A stretch of 63,107 bases of DNA from a virus (Duplodnaviria > Caudoviricetes): positions 1 through 63,107 of IMG/VR virus record IMGVR_UViG_3300030104_000829; one strand, 5' to 3'. Below are positions 15,651-25,934 of this stretch, piece after piece (within the stretch, counting starts at the first letter, position 1; every line of letters starts with the position of its first letter). The position numbers were made by a program, and so were the translations under genes. The notes under the pieces were generated by a model that saw only the letters and a program-made list of their open reading frames with translations, did no database searches and was not told where the DNA came from.

Positions 15651-17869
15651 TGTATCAACAAGATTTATATAAAATATTAAAAGACCATATTAAACCTAAA
15701 GTTCTTAAACGAATGAATAGGTATAAAAAATGGGAGTACGGTTATAACGAAGAACACGATATTGTAGTTATAAGTAGAACTGGTAAAATAGATGAGATAT
15801 ATGAAATACAAAATCTTAAAATAGCTTTACCAGAAAAAGAAAACGTACATAAGTTTAATAATAACAAGTGGAATCAATTTGAATATCCAAAAGCGTTAAG
15901 TAGAATTAAATCTACATTTGATTGGAGACAATATCCACAAGATTTTAAAGATAAGTGGTATGATTACATCGATAATGAGTTTAACCGTAGGGAAGAAGGT
16001 TTTTGGTTTTATAACAAAAGCGTTCCTACTTACATTACTGGTACTCATTACATGTACTTGCAGTGGAGTAAAATTGATGTCGGGGCACCAGACTTTCGGG
16101 AGTCGAATAGATTATTCTACATTTTCTGGGAAGCTTGTAAGGCCGATATACGGTCTTACGGATTGTGCTACCTTAAGAACAGACGTTCTGGGTTTTCCTT
16201 TATGGCCTCAGGAGAGGTGGTTAACTTGGCAACCATATCCTCTGACTCTAGATATGGTGTATTATCAAAGTCCGGTCCTGATGCTAAGAAGATGTTCACA
16301 GATAAGGTGGTACCCATATCGGTTAATTACCCCTTCTTTTTCAAGCCGACCCAGGACGGAATGGACCGTCCAAAGACCGAGCTTGCCTACCGTGTCCCAG
16401 CCAGTAAGTTTACCCGTAGAAAACTCACCGCGACCAACGACGAAACCTTACAGGACGAACTACAGGGTCTCGACACCACAATCGATTGGAAGAACACAGG
16501 TGATAACTCCTACGATGGAGAGAAGCTCAAGCTCCTCGTCCATGATGAATCGGGCAAGTGGGAGAAACCGAACAACATCCTCAACAACTGGAGGGTTACG
16601 AAAACGACACTAAGATTAGGTAGTAGAGTTATTGGAAAGTGTATGATGGGAAGTACATCAAACTCTTTAGACAAAGGTGGTAGAAACTTTAAAAAACTTT
16701 ATGATGACTCAGATGTTACAAAAAGGAACAGCAACGGACAGACTCGCTCAGGATTATATTCTTTGTTCATACCTATGGAATGGAACTACGAGGGATACAT
16801 TGATTCTTATGGGCTACCTGTCTTCGACACACCAAAGAAACATACTGAGGGACCGCATGGGGAAAAAATAAAACTAGGCGTAATAGAATATTGGAATAAT
16901 GAAGTAGAAGGCTTAAAAGATGACCAAGATGGTTTAAATGAATTTTATAGACAGTTTCCAAGAACAACTAAACACGCTTTTAGAGATGAATCTAAACAAT
17001 CATTATTTAATCTAACAAAAATATATCAACAAATAGATTACAATGAAGATGTAAAAAATTCTATAAGTGTAGTACAAGGAAGTTTTCAATGGGAAAACGG
17101 ACATCAAGACACTAGAGTTATATTTGTGCCAAATAAAAATGGTAGATTTTTAGTTACTTGGGTTCCACCTTTTGAACTACAAAATAAAAGATTTTTAAAA
17201 AATGGAGTTAATTATCCAGGTAACGAGCATTGTGGTGCTTTTGGATGCGATCCATATGATATATCAGGAACTGTAGATAAGAGAGGTTCTAATGGCGCTT
17301 TACATGGTTTAACAAAATTTAGCATGGAAGAAGTTCCACCAAATCATTTTTTCTTAGAATATATAGCTAGACCACAAACAGCTGAAATATTTTTTGAAGA
17401 TGTACTTATGGCTTGTGTATTTTATGGTATGCCAATTCTAGCAGAAAACAATAAACCAAGACTACTTTATTATTTTAAACGTAGAGGTTATAGAGGTTTT
17501 GCTATGAATAGACCAGATAAAAAAAGAAATAAATTATCTGTTACAGAAAAAGAAATAGGTGGTATACCTAATTCAAGTGAAGACATTAAACAAGCACACG
17601 CGTCTGCTATAGAAACTTACATAGAACATTTTGTAGGTTTAAAAGAAACTGGTTATGGTGATATGTATTTTCAACGTACATTAGAAGACTGGTCAAAATT
17701 CAACATCAATAATAGAACAACACACGATGCTTCTATTAGTTCGGGTTTAGCTTTAATGGCTTGTAATAAGCACAGGTATACACCTGTAAGTAAAAGAAAA
17801 TTAAAACCAGTTGATTTAGGTATAAAAAAATACGACAACAAAGGAACTGTATCAAAAATTTTAAATTAA
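15650..17869 (+). CDS. terL: terminase large subunit
   Basis: KNRRSGFS Walker A variant, LLVHDESGK Walker B, GSTSN, nuclease GCDPYD, AENN. Confidence 0.9.
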   Translation: MYQQDLYKILKDHIKPKVLKRMNRYKKWEYGYNEEHDIVVISRTGKIDEIYEIQNLKIALPEKENVHKFNNNKWNQFEYPKALSRIKSTFDWRQYPQDFKDKWYDYIDNEFNRREEGFWFYNKSVPTYITGTHYMYLQWSKIDVGAPDFRESNRLFYIFWEACKADIRSYGLCYLKNRRSGFSFMASGEVVNLATISSDSRYGVLSKSGPDAKKMFTDKVVPISVNYPFFFKPTQDGMDRPKTELAYRVPASKFTRRKLTATNDETLQDELQGLDTTIDWKNTGDNSYDGEKLKLLVHDESGKWEKPNNILNNWRVTKTTLRLGSRVIGKCMMGSTSNSLDKGGRNFKKLYDDSDVTKRNSNGQTRSGLYSLFIPMEWNYEGYIDSYGLPVFDTPKKHTEGPHGEKIKLGVIEYWNNEVEGLKDDQDGLNEFYRQFPRTTKHAFRDESKQSLFNLTKIYQQIDYNEDVKNSISVVQGSFQWENGHQDTRVIFVPNKNGRFLVTWVPPFELQNKRFLKNGVNYPGNEHCGAFGCDPYDISGTVDKRGSNGALHGLTKFSMEEVPPNHFFLEYIARPQTAEIFFEDVLMACVFYGMPILAENNKPRLLYYFKRRGYRGFAMNRPDKKRNKLSVTEKEIGGIPNSSEDIKQAHASAIETYIEHFVGLKETGYGDMYFQRTLEDWSKFNINNRTTHDASISSGLALMACNKHRYTPVSKRKLKPVDLGIKKYDNKGTVSKILN
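15960..16613 (+). CDS. putative overprinted lipoprotein in the +1 frame of terL
   Basis: over 200 stop-free codons in GC-shifted part of terL; KK + hydrophobic core + LITCTC lipobox-like. Confidence 0.55.
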   Translation: MITSIMSLTVGKKVFGFITKAFLLTLLVLITCTCSGVKLMSGHQTFGSRIDYSTFSGKLVRPIYGLTDCATLRTDVLGFPLWPQERWLTWQPYPLTLDMVYYQSPVLMLRRCSQIRWYPYRLITPSFSSRPRTEWTVQRPSLPTVSQPVSLPVENSPRPTTKPYRTNYRVSTPQSIGRTQVITPTMERSSSSSSMMNRASGRNRTTSSTTGGLRKRH

Positions 17870-20250
17870 TGAATATATATACTAATACCAGAAGTGATTT
17901 CCCTAGTCAAGTAGTGAGTGATGCTGAAAAAGCCAGTATTGAGTATGGTAGACAAGTAGCACAAGCTATAGAACACGAGTGGTTTTCTCAAGGTAGAACT
18001 ACGGGTAATAGGTATTTAACCGCTTGGAATAATTTTCACCAACTAAGATTATATGCTAGAGGTGAGCAGTCAATACAAAAATACAAAGATGAATTATCTA
18101 TTAATGGTGATTTATCATATCTTAATTTAGACTGGAAACCTGTTCCTATATTATCTAAGTTTGTAGATATAGTGGTTAATGGTATATCTGAAAGAACCTA
18201 TGATATAAAAGCTTATGCTCAAGATCCTGAGTCAATAAAGAAAAGAACTGAATACGCTTCTAAGATATATGAAGACATGTTAGCTAAAGAATATTTAGAT
18301 AACTTAAAAAATACTCTTGGAATTGATTTACATCAAGTACCTAATCCAGAATTATTACCAGAATCAGAAGAAGAGTTAGAGTTACACATGCAATTAAGCT
18401 ACAAGCAATCATTAGAAATAGCTGAAGAAGAAGCTATATCTAGTGTTTTAGCTCAAAACAAGTATCAATTAACAAGACGTAGGCTTAATATGGATTTAAC
18501 AGTTTTAGGTATTGCTGCTTGTAAGACAAATTTTAACACAGCTAACGGTATAACTGTTGATTACGTAGATCCTGCTTATATGGTATATTCTTACACAGAA
18601 GATCCTAATTTTGAAGATGTATATTATGTAGGTGAATTAAAAGCTGTAACAATACCGGAGCTTAAAAAAGAGTTTCCAGACATAACGGATAAAGAATTAG
18701 AACGTATACAAAATATGCCCGGTAATAGATCTTATATTACTGGTTGGGGTGATTATAATAGTAATACTGTTCAAGTTCTTTATTTTGATTATAAAACATA
18801 TCATAATCAAGTATTTAAAATTAAAAAGACTGATCAAGGTTTACTTAAAGCCATAGAAAAAGATGACACTTTTAATCCAGTTGAAAACGATAATTTTGAA
18901 AAAATATCAAGATCTATAGAAGTATTATATAGCGGAGCAAAAGTATTAGGTACAGATACAATGCTTAAATGGGAGCTTGCTGAAAATATGTCAAGACCTT
19001 ACGCTGATACTACTAAAGTAAAAATGAATTACTCAATTTGTGCGCCAAGAATATATAAAGGCAGAATAGAATCTTTAGTTAGCAAATGTATTGGTTTTGC
19101 TGACATGATTCAACTTACTCATTTAAAACTACAACAAGTAATGTCTAGAATAGTACCAGATGGTGTTTATTTAGATATGGACGGTTTAGCAGAAGTCGAT
19201 TTAGGTAATGGAACAAATTATAATCCAGCTGAAGCATTAAACATGTATTTTCAAACTGGTTCTATTGTAGGTAGATCACTTACGCAAGATGGTGATATGA
19301 ATCCTGGTAAAGTACCTATTCAAGAATTAAATTCTAGTTCAGGTCAAGGTAAAATACAAAGCCTTATAAATACTTATCAGTATTATTTACAAATGATACG
19401 CGATGTAACCGGACTTAATGAAGCTAGAGATGGTAGTACACCAGATAAACAAACGCTTGTAGGGTTGCAAAAGATGGCTGCTAATGCATCTAATGTTGCA
19501 ACAAGACACATTAAGCAAGCTGGTTCTTATTTAACTCTTAGAATATCAGAAAATATTGCGTTAAAAATAGCTGACGCGTTAGAATTTCCATTAACAGCTG
19601 AGTCTTTAACCAACTCTATTAGTAATTACAACGTCAATACACTAAAAGAAATTGTTAATTTGAATTTACATGACTTTGGTATATTTTTAGAATTAGAGCC
19701 AGATGATGAAGAAAAAGCTCAACTAGAACAAAATATTCAAGTTGCTCTACAGGCTGGTGGTATTAATCTTGAAGATGCTATTGATTTGAGGCAAATAAAA
19801 AATCTTAAATTAGCTAATCAATTACTTAAAGTAAAGCGTAAGCAAAAAGCTATTAAAGATCAAGAAAACGCTCAAGCTAACATTAGAGCTCAAGCAGAAT
19901 CTCAAGCAGAGGCTAATGAAAAAATAGCAATGAACGAGGTTCAAAAACAAGAAGCTATTAGTGGCTCTAAAGTTCAATACGAACAAGCTAGAACACAAAT
20001 GGAAATACAAAAAATGAATAATCAAGCTCAACTTGATATGCAAAAAATGCAAATGCAACATGAGTTTGACATGCAGTTAGCTCAAGTGCAATCACAGGCT
20101 AATGCTCAAAATAATTCTGCTAAAGAAGCAGCTAAAGATAAGCGTATAAAAATGGAAGGTACGCAGCAAAGTAAAATGATAACACAAAGGCAAAATCAAA
20201 TGCTTCCAATAAATTTTGAACAAGAAGCAGAAGAACCGCCTGTTGTTTAA
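17869..20250 (+). CDS. portal protein
   Basis: 793 aa after terL; IRDVTGLNEARDG; Gln-rich coiled-coil tail. Confidence 0.85.
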   Translation: MNIYTNTRSDFPSQVVSDAEKASIEYGRQVAQAIEHEWFSQGRTTGNRYLTAWNNFHQLRLYARGEQSIQKYKDELSINGDLSYLNLDWKPVPILSKFVDIVVNGISERTYDIKAYAQDPESIKKRTEYASKIYEDMLAKEYLDNLKNTLGIDLHQVPNPELLPESEEELELHMQLSYKQSLEIAEEEAISSVLAQNKYQLTRRRLNMDLTVLGIAACKTNFNTANGITVDYVDPAYMVYSYTEDPNFEDVYYVGELKAVTIPELKKEFPDITDKELERIQNMPGNRSYITGWGDYNSNTVQVLYFDYKTYHNQVFKIKKTDQGLLKAIEKDDTFNPVENDNFEKISRSIEVLYSGAKVLGTDTMLKWELAENMSRPYADTTKVKMNYSICAPRIYKGRIESLVSKCIGFADMIQLTHLKLQQVMSRIVPDGVYLDMDGLAEVDLGNGTNYNPAEALNMYFQTGSIVGRSLTQDGDMNPGKVPIQELNSSSGQGKIQSLINTYQYYLQMIRDVTGLNEARDGSTPDKQTLVGLQKMAANASNVATRHIKQAGSYLTLRISENIALKIADALEFPLTAESLTNSISNYNVNTLKEIVNLNLHDFGIFLELEPDDEEKAQLEQNIQVALQAGGINLEDAIDLRQIKNLKLANQLLKVKRKQKAIKDQENAQANIRAQAESQAEANEKIAMNEVQKQEAISGSKVQYEQARTQMEIQKMNNQAQLDMQKMQMQHEFDMQLAQVQSQANAQNNSAKEAAKDKRIKMEGTQQSKMITQRQNQMLPINFEQEAEEPPVV

Positions 20251-20278
20251 ACCATTAATTATTTAATTATATTATATT

Positions 20279-21496
20279 ATGTCAGAAACAAAAACAAATG
20301 AACCTGTTAAACAGGAAGGTGAATTTAAGTTAAAAACAAAAAAGAAAACACCTAAAAAATTAAACGAAACCAAGGACAATGTTACTAAAGTAAATATTAA
20401 TCCAAAAGAACCTTTGATTGAATTAGAACCAGAGGTTAAGAAAGTAGTAATTCCAAAACAAGAAGAAAAAGAAGATGCTATTCAAATCGGAGAAACAAAG
20501 GAGGTATCTGTGGAAAAACCATCCGGAGATAGCGCAACGGTGGGAAAACCTGTACAAGAGTCCAACGAGGATGTTGAAGGGTTTTCTCCGATCCAAGAAG
20601 TAACAGAAGAAGAAGTTAAAGAAGTTGAAGCTGAAGTTAAAGAAGCTATAAGAGATGAAAAAGTTTTAGGTAAACCATTACCTGAAAACATTGAAAAACT
20701 TGTAAACTTCATAGAAGAAACTGGTGGTACTATAGAAGATTATACTAGATTAAATGCTGACTATACAAACGTAGATGAAACTATATTGTTGAAAGAGTAT
20801 TATAAAAAATCTAAACCACACTTAGATTTAGAAGAAATTAATTTCATAATGGAAGAAAAATTCGATTATGATGCCGATATTGACGAAGAGCGAGAAGTCA
20901 AAAGAAAAAAACTCGCTAAAAAAGAAGAGGTTGCAAAAGCCAAAAACTATTTAGAAGATCTTAAGATTAAATATTACGAGGAAATCAAGTTGAGACCCGG
21001 CGTAACTCAAGATCAACAAAAAGCAATGGATTTTTTCAATCGCTATAACAAGCAACAAGAAGTAGCTGAAAAACAACACGAATTATTTAAACAAAAAACT
21101 AAAGAATTATTCAATAACGATTTCAAAGGTTTTGATATTAATGTGGGGGATAAAAAATTTAAGTATAATATTGTTAATCGTGATAAAGTTGCTGAAAACC
21201 AATCAAACATTAATAACCTTGTAGGGAAGTTCCTTGACAATGACGGTAATATTAATGATCACGCAGGTTATCATAAGGCTATTTATGCTGCTGAAAACGT
21301 AGATAGAATTGCAGCTCATTTTTATGAGCAAGGAAAAGCTGATGCTGTAAAAGACGTCGTAAACAAATCAAAAAACCTAGTAGATACTGAAGGTAGAAAA
21401 TCTCAAGGTGATGTGTTTATTGGTGGAATGAAAGTTAAAGCTATTTCTGGTGCAGATTCTTCAAAATTAAAAATTAAAACGAAAAGGTTTAACTAA
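20279..21496 (+). CDS. putative scaffolding protein
   Basis: acidic/disordered N-terminus, between portal and capsid genes. Confidence 0.55.
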   Translation: MSETKTNEPVKQEGEFKLKTKKKTPKKLNETKDNVTKVNINPKEPLIELEPEVKKVVIPKQEEKEDAIQIGETKEVSVEKPSGDSATVGKPVQESNEDVEGFSPIQEVTEEEVKEVEAEVKEAIRDEKVLGKPLPENIEKLVNFIEETGGTIEDYTRLNADYTNVDETILLKEYYKKSKPHLDLEEINFIMEEKFDYDADIDEEREVKRKKLAKKEEVAKAKNYLEDLKIKYYEEIKLRPGVTQDQQKAMDFFNRYNKQQEVAEKQHELFKQKTKELFNNDFKGFDINVGDKKFKYNIVNRDKVAENQSNINNLVGKFLDNDGNINDHAGYHKAIYAAENVDRIAAHFYEQGKADAVKDVVNKSKNLVDTEGRKSQGDVFIGGMKVKAISGADSSKLKIKTKRFN

Positions 21497-21512
21497 TTAA
21501 AATTAACAAATT

Positions 21513-22964
21513 ATGAGTTTATCTCCACAATTTGGTAGTATTGTACCTTCGCAAATTCAACAAACTCTAGCTAGTAACTATCTAACATTTGATGGTGGTG
21601 CTGGAGTAAATTTTGCGCAACAATATTTACCAGAAATTTACGAACAAGAAGTAGAGCGTTATGGAAACAGAACGTTATCAGGCTTCTTAAGAATGGTTGG
21701 CGCTGAAATGCCAATGACATCTGATCAAGTTATTTGGTCTGAACAAAATAGATTACATATTGCTTATGATGCTTGTACTGTAGTTGCTACAGGTGCAAAC
21801 AACGCTGCTACTGTAACTCCTACTGCTGCTGGTGTTTCAACTGTAGTATCTATAAATGATACTGTAGTTCTTATGGACCCAGTTTCAGGAGCTGAAGCTA
21901 AAGGTATTGTAATTGCTACAACTCCTGGAGTTGGTGGTGATTTTATTGCGCAGCCATTTGCTAACGCAACTTTTGCTGCACAAGGATTAGCTGCTGCTGG
22001 AATTAAAGTATTTGTTTACGGTTCTGCTTATGTAAAAGGATCATCTATGGTAGGTGGTACTCTTGCAAACGCGCAAGCGGATAGAGTATCTGTAGACCCT
22101 GCTTTTACACAATTTTCTAACTCACCTATTATATTGAGAGATCAGTATGTTATTAACGGGTCTGATATGGCTCAAATCGGTTGGGTAGAAGTTGCAACTG
22201 AAGATGGTGCTTCTGGGTATTTATGGTATTTAAAAGCTGAGTCTGAAACAAGACTACGTTTTGAAGATTACCTAGAAATGTCTATGGTAGAATCTGAATT
22301 AAACGCAAATGCTCTTGCTGCTGCAGGAACAGTTGCTGCTGCTTTACCAGGATCTGAAGGTTTATTTGCTGCTATTGAAAATAGAGGTAATGTAGAAGTA
22401 GGATTTACTGCTGCTGCTGGAATTGATGAGTTTGATGAAATTCTTAAAAACTTAGACACTCAAGGAGCTATTGAAGAAAACATGCTTTTCTTACAAAGAC
22501 AAACTGCTCTTGATTTTGATGATATGCTAGCTGGTATTTCTGGTGGTTTCGCTGGTGGTACTGCTTTTGGTTTATTTGAAAACTCAGAAGAAATGGCTCT
22601 TAACTTAGGTTTCTCTGGATTTAGAAGAGGATCTTATGACTTTTATAAAACTGATTGGAAATACTTAAATGACGCTTCTACAAGAGGTGGTATTGTAGGT
22701 ATTAACTCAGTCGAAGGTGTATTAGTACCTGCTGGAACTTCTACTGTTTATGACCAAATTTTAGGTACAAACATTAGACGACCATTCTTACACGTGCGTT
22801 ATAGAGCATCTCAAGGAGATGACAGACGTATGAAGTCTTGGTTGACTGGTTCTGCTGGTGGTGCATTTACTTCAACTCTTGATGCTATGGAAATTAACTT
22901 CCTATCTGAAAGATGTTTAGTAACTCAAGCTGCTAATAACTTTGTATTATTTAAAGGTATCTAA
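21513..22964 (+). CDS. major capsid protein
   Basis: 483 aa, strongly biased codons, WSEQNRLH, followed by terminator; position in head module. Confidence 0.8.
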   Translation: MSLSPQFGSIVPSQIQQTLASNYLTFDGGAGVNFAQQYLPEIYEQEVERYGNRTLSGFLRMVGAEMPMTSDQVIWSEQNRLHIAYDACTVVATGANNAATVTPTAAGVSTVVSINDTVVLMDPVSGAEAKGIVIATTPGVGGDFIAQPFANATFAAQGLAAAGIKVFVYGSAYVKGSSMVGGTLANAQADRVSVDPAFTQFSNSPIILRDQYVINGSDMAQIGWVEVATEDGASGYLWYLKAESETRLRFEDYLEMSMVESELNANALAAAGTVAAALPGSEGLFAAIENRGNVEVGFTAAAGIDEFDEILKNLDTQGAIEENMLFLQRQTALDFDDMLAGISGGFAGGTAFGLFENSEEMALNLGFSGFRRGSYDFYKTDWKYLNDASTRGGIVGINSVEGVLVPAGTSTVYDQILGTNIRRPFLHVRYRASQGDDRRMKSWLTGSAGGAFTSTLDAMEINFLSERCLVTQAANNFVLFKGI

Positions 22965-22980
22965 TACCTAAATTAAATCT

Positions 22981-23017
22981 TAGGGTCACAAAGTGAGCGT
23001 GACCCTAGGGTTTTTTT
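22981..23017 (+). terminator. Rho-independent terminator
   Basis: TAGGGTCAC/GTGACCCTA stem then T7. Confidence 0.8.
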
Positions 23018-23042
23018 ATTAACTATTTAATTTTATCATATT

Positions 23043-23861
23043 ATGGCTAAAAAAGCTAAAGCAGTAGAAACTGTTGAGGTTGCACCTCAGGAAGTGGTTA
23101 CAAAAACACCAACAAAACCCGCAAAAGAAGCGTGGGAAGTTAAGGATAGAGTTTATTACTTAAAAGGTAATAAAAATCCATTAACATTAACAATACCTGG
23201 AAAACACACTAAAAAGCATGCATTGCTTTATTTTGATCCAGAAATAAAAAAACAAAGAGAACTAAAATATGCAACTAATCAATCAAGCCCATTTGTTGAT
23301 GAGCAAAAAGGCGAGTGTACTATGGGGCATATTATGTTTAAAGATGGAACATTGAGAGTAGGTAAAGGAGATATTGCGCTTCAAAAATTACTTTCATTAT
23401 ACCACCCATTAAAAGGAAGAGTGTATGAAGAATTTAGCGCTGTAGCTGAAGCAGAAGACGATTTAGATTTAATAAATCTTGAAATAGACGCTATGACAGC
23501 CGCTAGATCTATGGATATTGATCAAGCAGAAGCTATAATGAGAGTTGAAAAAGGTTCTGCAGTAAACAACATGAGCTCTAAAGAATTAAAAAGAGATATA
23601 TTGTTGTTTGCAAAACAAAATCCTAAAACTTTTATAGCTCTAGCTAAAGATGATAATGTTCAACTAAGAAACTTTGGTATTAAAGCCGCTGAGGCTGGTA
23701 TAATAAAGTTATCTCAAGATCAAAGAACATTTACTTGGGGATCAAATGATAGAAAACTAATGAATGTGCCTTTTGATGAAAATCCATATTCAGCCTTTGC
23801 TGCTTTCTTGAAAACAGACGAAGGAGTTGAGATCTATAAATCTATAGATAAAAAACTATAA
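23043..23861 (+). CDS. hypothetical head-module protein
   Basis: 272-aa ORF after MCP. Confidence 0.7.
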   Translation: MAKKAKAVETVEVAPQEVVTKTPTKPAKEAWEVKDRVYYLKGNKNPLTLTIPGKHTKKHALLYFDPEIKKQRELKYATNQSSPFVDEQKGECTMGHIMFKDGTLRVGKGDIALQKLLSLYHPLKGRVYEEFSAVAEAEDDLDLINLEIDAMTAARSMDIDQAEAIMRVEKGSAVNNMSSKELKRDILLFAKQNPKTFIALAKDDNVQLRNFGIKAAEAGIIKLSQDQRTFTWGSNDRKLMNVPFDENPYSAFAAFLKTDEGVEIYKSIDKKL

Positions 23862-23880
23862 AAACAAGTGATACTAATAT

Positions 23881-23903
23881 AAGGCGGATTCGTCCGCCTT
23901 TTT
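23881..23903 (+). terminator. hairpin/terminator
   Basis: GGCGGA-TTCG-TCCGCC followed by T5. Confidence 0.7.
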
Positions 23904-23924
23904 AGTATATTAAAAATTAAAATA

Positions 23925-24686
23925 ATGGTAAATGTAAATACAGTATATACAACAGTTTTGTACATATTAAACAAAGAGCAAAGAGGTTATATTACTCCAA
24001 GCGAGTTTAATAGTTTAGCTGTACAGGTTCAAAATGAAATTTTTGAATCGTATTTTCCTGATGGCAATCAATTAAACCGTCAAAATCAAAACAATACTCA
24101 AAATGATACAGAGTTTTTTAACATGTTTAAAGACACTGCTTATAAGCTTTATCCTTTTGAAAAAGATGCAGAATTCACATATGACACTACCAATAACGGT
24201 TGGTATTTTAATAGTTTAAATTCTATATTTAAATTAGGTGAAATCATATCTACATATAACACTACAAATCCTACATACGAATCTATAACTCAATTAACTA
24301 GTAGAAGTGATTATACTAAAATAACTAAATCTAAGCTTACAGCTCCTACGATTCAATATCCTATAGCGATCACAACTCAATCAACAACAAACATATCTCC
24401 ATTTTCACAATCAATTTTATTAGTAAAAGTTAATCCTAAGCCAGATAAACTAACAATAAACTGTATTTTTACTCCTAGTAATCCTACATGGGGATTTACT
24501 CCTGGAGCTATGGGGCAATACGTATATAGTCCTTCTACGTCTATAGACTTTGAACTAGATATATCAGAACAAACTAATTTAATAATAGGTATTTTAAAAT
24601 ATGCTGGGGTTATAATAAAAGATCCTGAGATAGTTCAAGCAGCTACACAAGAAGCACAACAAGTATCTATAAATGAAAAATCTTAA
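23925..24686 (+). CDS. tail ring/adaptor-like structural protein
   Basis: LNKEQRGYITPSEFN N-terminus; position after head module. Confidence 0.6.
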   Translation: MVNVNTVYTTVLYILNKEQRGYITPSEFNSLAVQVQNEIFESYFPDGNQLNRQNQNNTQNDTEFFNMFKDTAYKLYPFEKDAEFTYDTTNNGWYFNSLNSIFKLGEIISTYNTTNPTYESITQLTSRSDYTKITKSKLTAPTIQYPIAITTQSTTNISPFSQSILLVKVNPKPDKLTINCIFTPSNPTWGFTPGAMGQYVYSPSTSIDFELDISEQTNLIIGILKYAGVIIKDPEIVQAATQEAQQVSINEKS

Positions 24687-24692
24687 CAATAA

Positions 24693-25928
24693 ATGGCATT
24701 AGTAACTGAAACAAATCAACAATATTATCAAGGCGTACAAGGCTTTAGAGGTACTGGAAATCCTTTAACTATAAAAACTACTTTTGATACAGATTTAGTT
24801 TTTGGTGATTGGAATCCTTCTAATACAAACTATGCTTTAAATAATTTTAAAATATATACTAGCACAACTGGTTTACCTAATCCAGGTAGTTGGAGCGAGT
24901 ATGTCTTAGAATACTCTGTAGTTAACAACTCTATAACATTTGCAGCTAATCCAGCTAATGACTTATACATTGTTGTGCAACTTAAAAAATTAGATGGTGG
25001 TAAATACGCAAATACTCCAGCCGAAGAAGCTATAGGTAGTGCTGTTGAAGAAAATTACGGATCTTATCAATATATAAAATTATCTGATATAGTAGATAAT
25101 TACATGGTAGGTTATGTTGGCGATGGAAAAATAATTCAGTCTGCTAAAAAATCTGATGTAGTTTTTTTTGCTAAAAGATCTTTACAAGAATTTAGTTATG
25201 ATACTTTAAAAAGTATAAAATCACAAGAATTAACTATACCTTCTAGCTTATCTCTTCCAATACCACAAGATTATGTTAACTATGTTTCTTTTTGTTACAT
25301 AGATTCTTTGGGTGTAAAAAGACCTTTATATCCTAATAATAACTTAACTACTAATCCTTATTATAATTTAATACAAGATGACCAGGGTGTTCCAACTCAA
25401 GATAATTTTGGAGAAAATTTAGAAGGTACTTCTCAAACAGTAGAAAGATGGAGAAAAGCTGACGATAGAATAATAAATAATCAAGCTTTTAATCAATTAT
25501 ATGATAATTTTGCATATGGATTATATGCAGAAGGCTGGTATGGTTCTGGTCCTTGGGATTGGGGAAGATTATATGGTTTAGAACCACAAACATCACAAGT
25601 TAACGGTTGGTTTGGAATAAATGAAAGAGATGGTTTGTTTACTTTTTCAAGTAATTTAAGAGATAAATTAATTGTTGTAGATTACATATCAGATGGACTT
25701 GCATATGATTTAGATACAAGAGTTCCTAAACTAGCTGAAGAAGCAATGTATACGAGTATTTCATATAATTTGTTATCTGGAAGAGCCAATGTATCTGAAG
25801 GTATTGTCGCTAGGTTTAAAAAAGATAGAAGAGCAGCTCTTAGAAATGCTAAAATAAGATTATCTAACATTAAATTAGACGAAATAGTTCAAGTTATGCG
25901 AGGTAAATCTAAATGGATAAAACACTAA
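24693..25928 (+). CDS. tail ring-like structural protein
   Basis: IPQDYVNYV, YISDGL motifs. Confidence 0.6.
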   Translation: MALVTETNQQYYQGVQGFRGTGNPLTIKTTFDTDLVFGDWNPSNTNYALNNFKIYTSTTGLPNPGSWSEYVLEYSVVNNSITFAANPANDLYIVVQLKKLDGGKYANTPAEEAIGSAVEENYGSYQYIKLSDIVDNYMVGYVGDGKIIQSAKKSDVVFFAKRSLQEFSYDTLKSIKSQELTIPSSLSLPIPQDYVNYVSFCYIDSLGVKRPLYPNNNLTTNPYYNLIQDDQGVPTQDNFGENLEGTSQTVERWRKADDRIINNQAFNQLYDNFAYGLYAEGWYGSGPWDWGRLYGLEPQTSQVNGWFGINERDGLFTFSSNLRDKLIVVDYISDGLAYDLDTRVPKLAEEAMYTSISYNLLSGRANVSEGIVARFKKDRRAALRNAKIRLSNIKLDEIVQVMRGKSKWIKH

Positions 25929-25934
25929 AATTTA

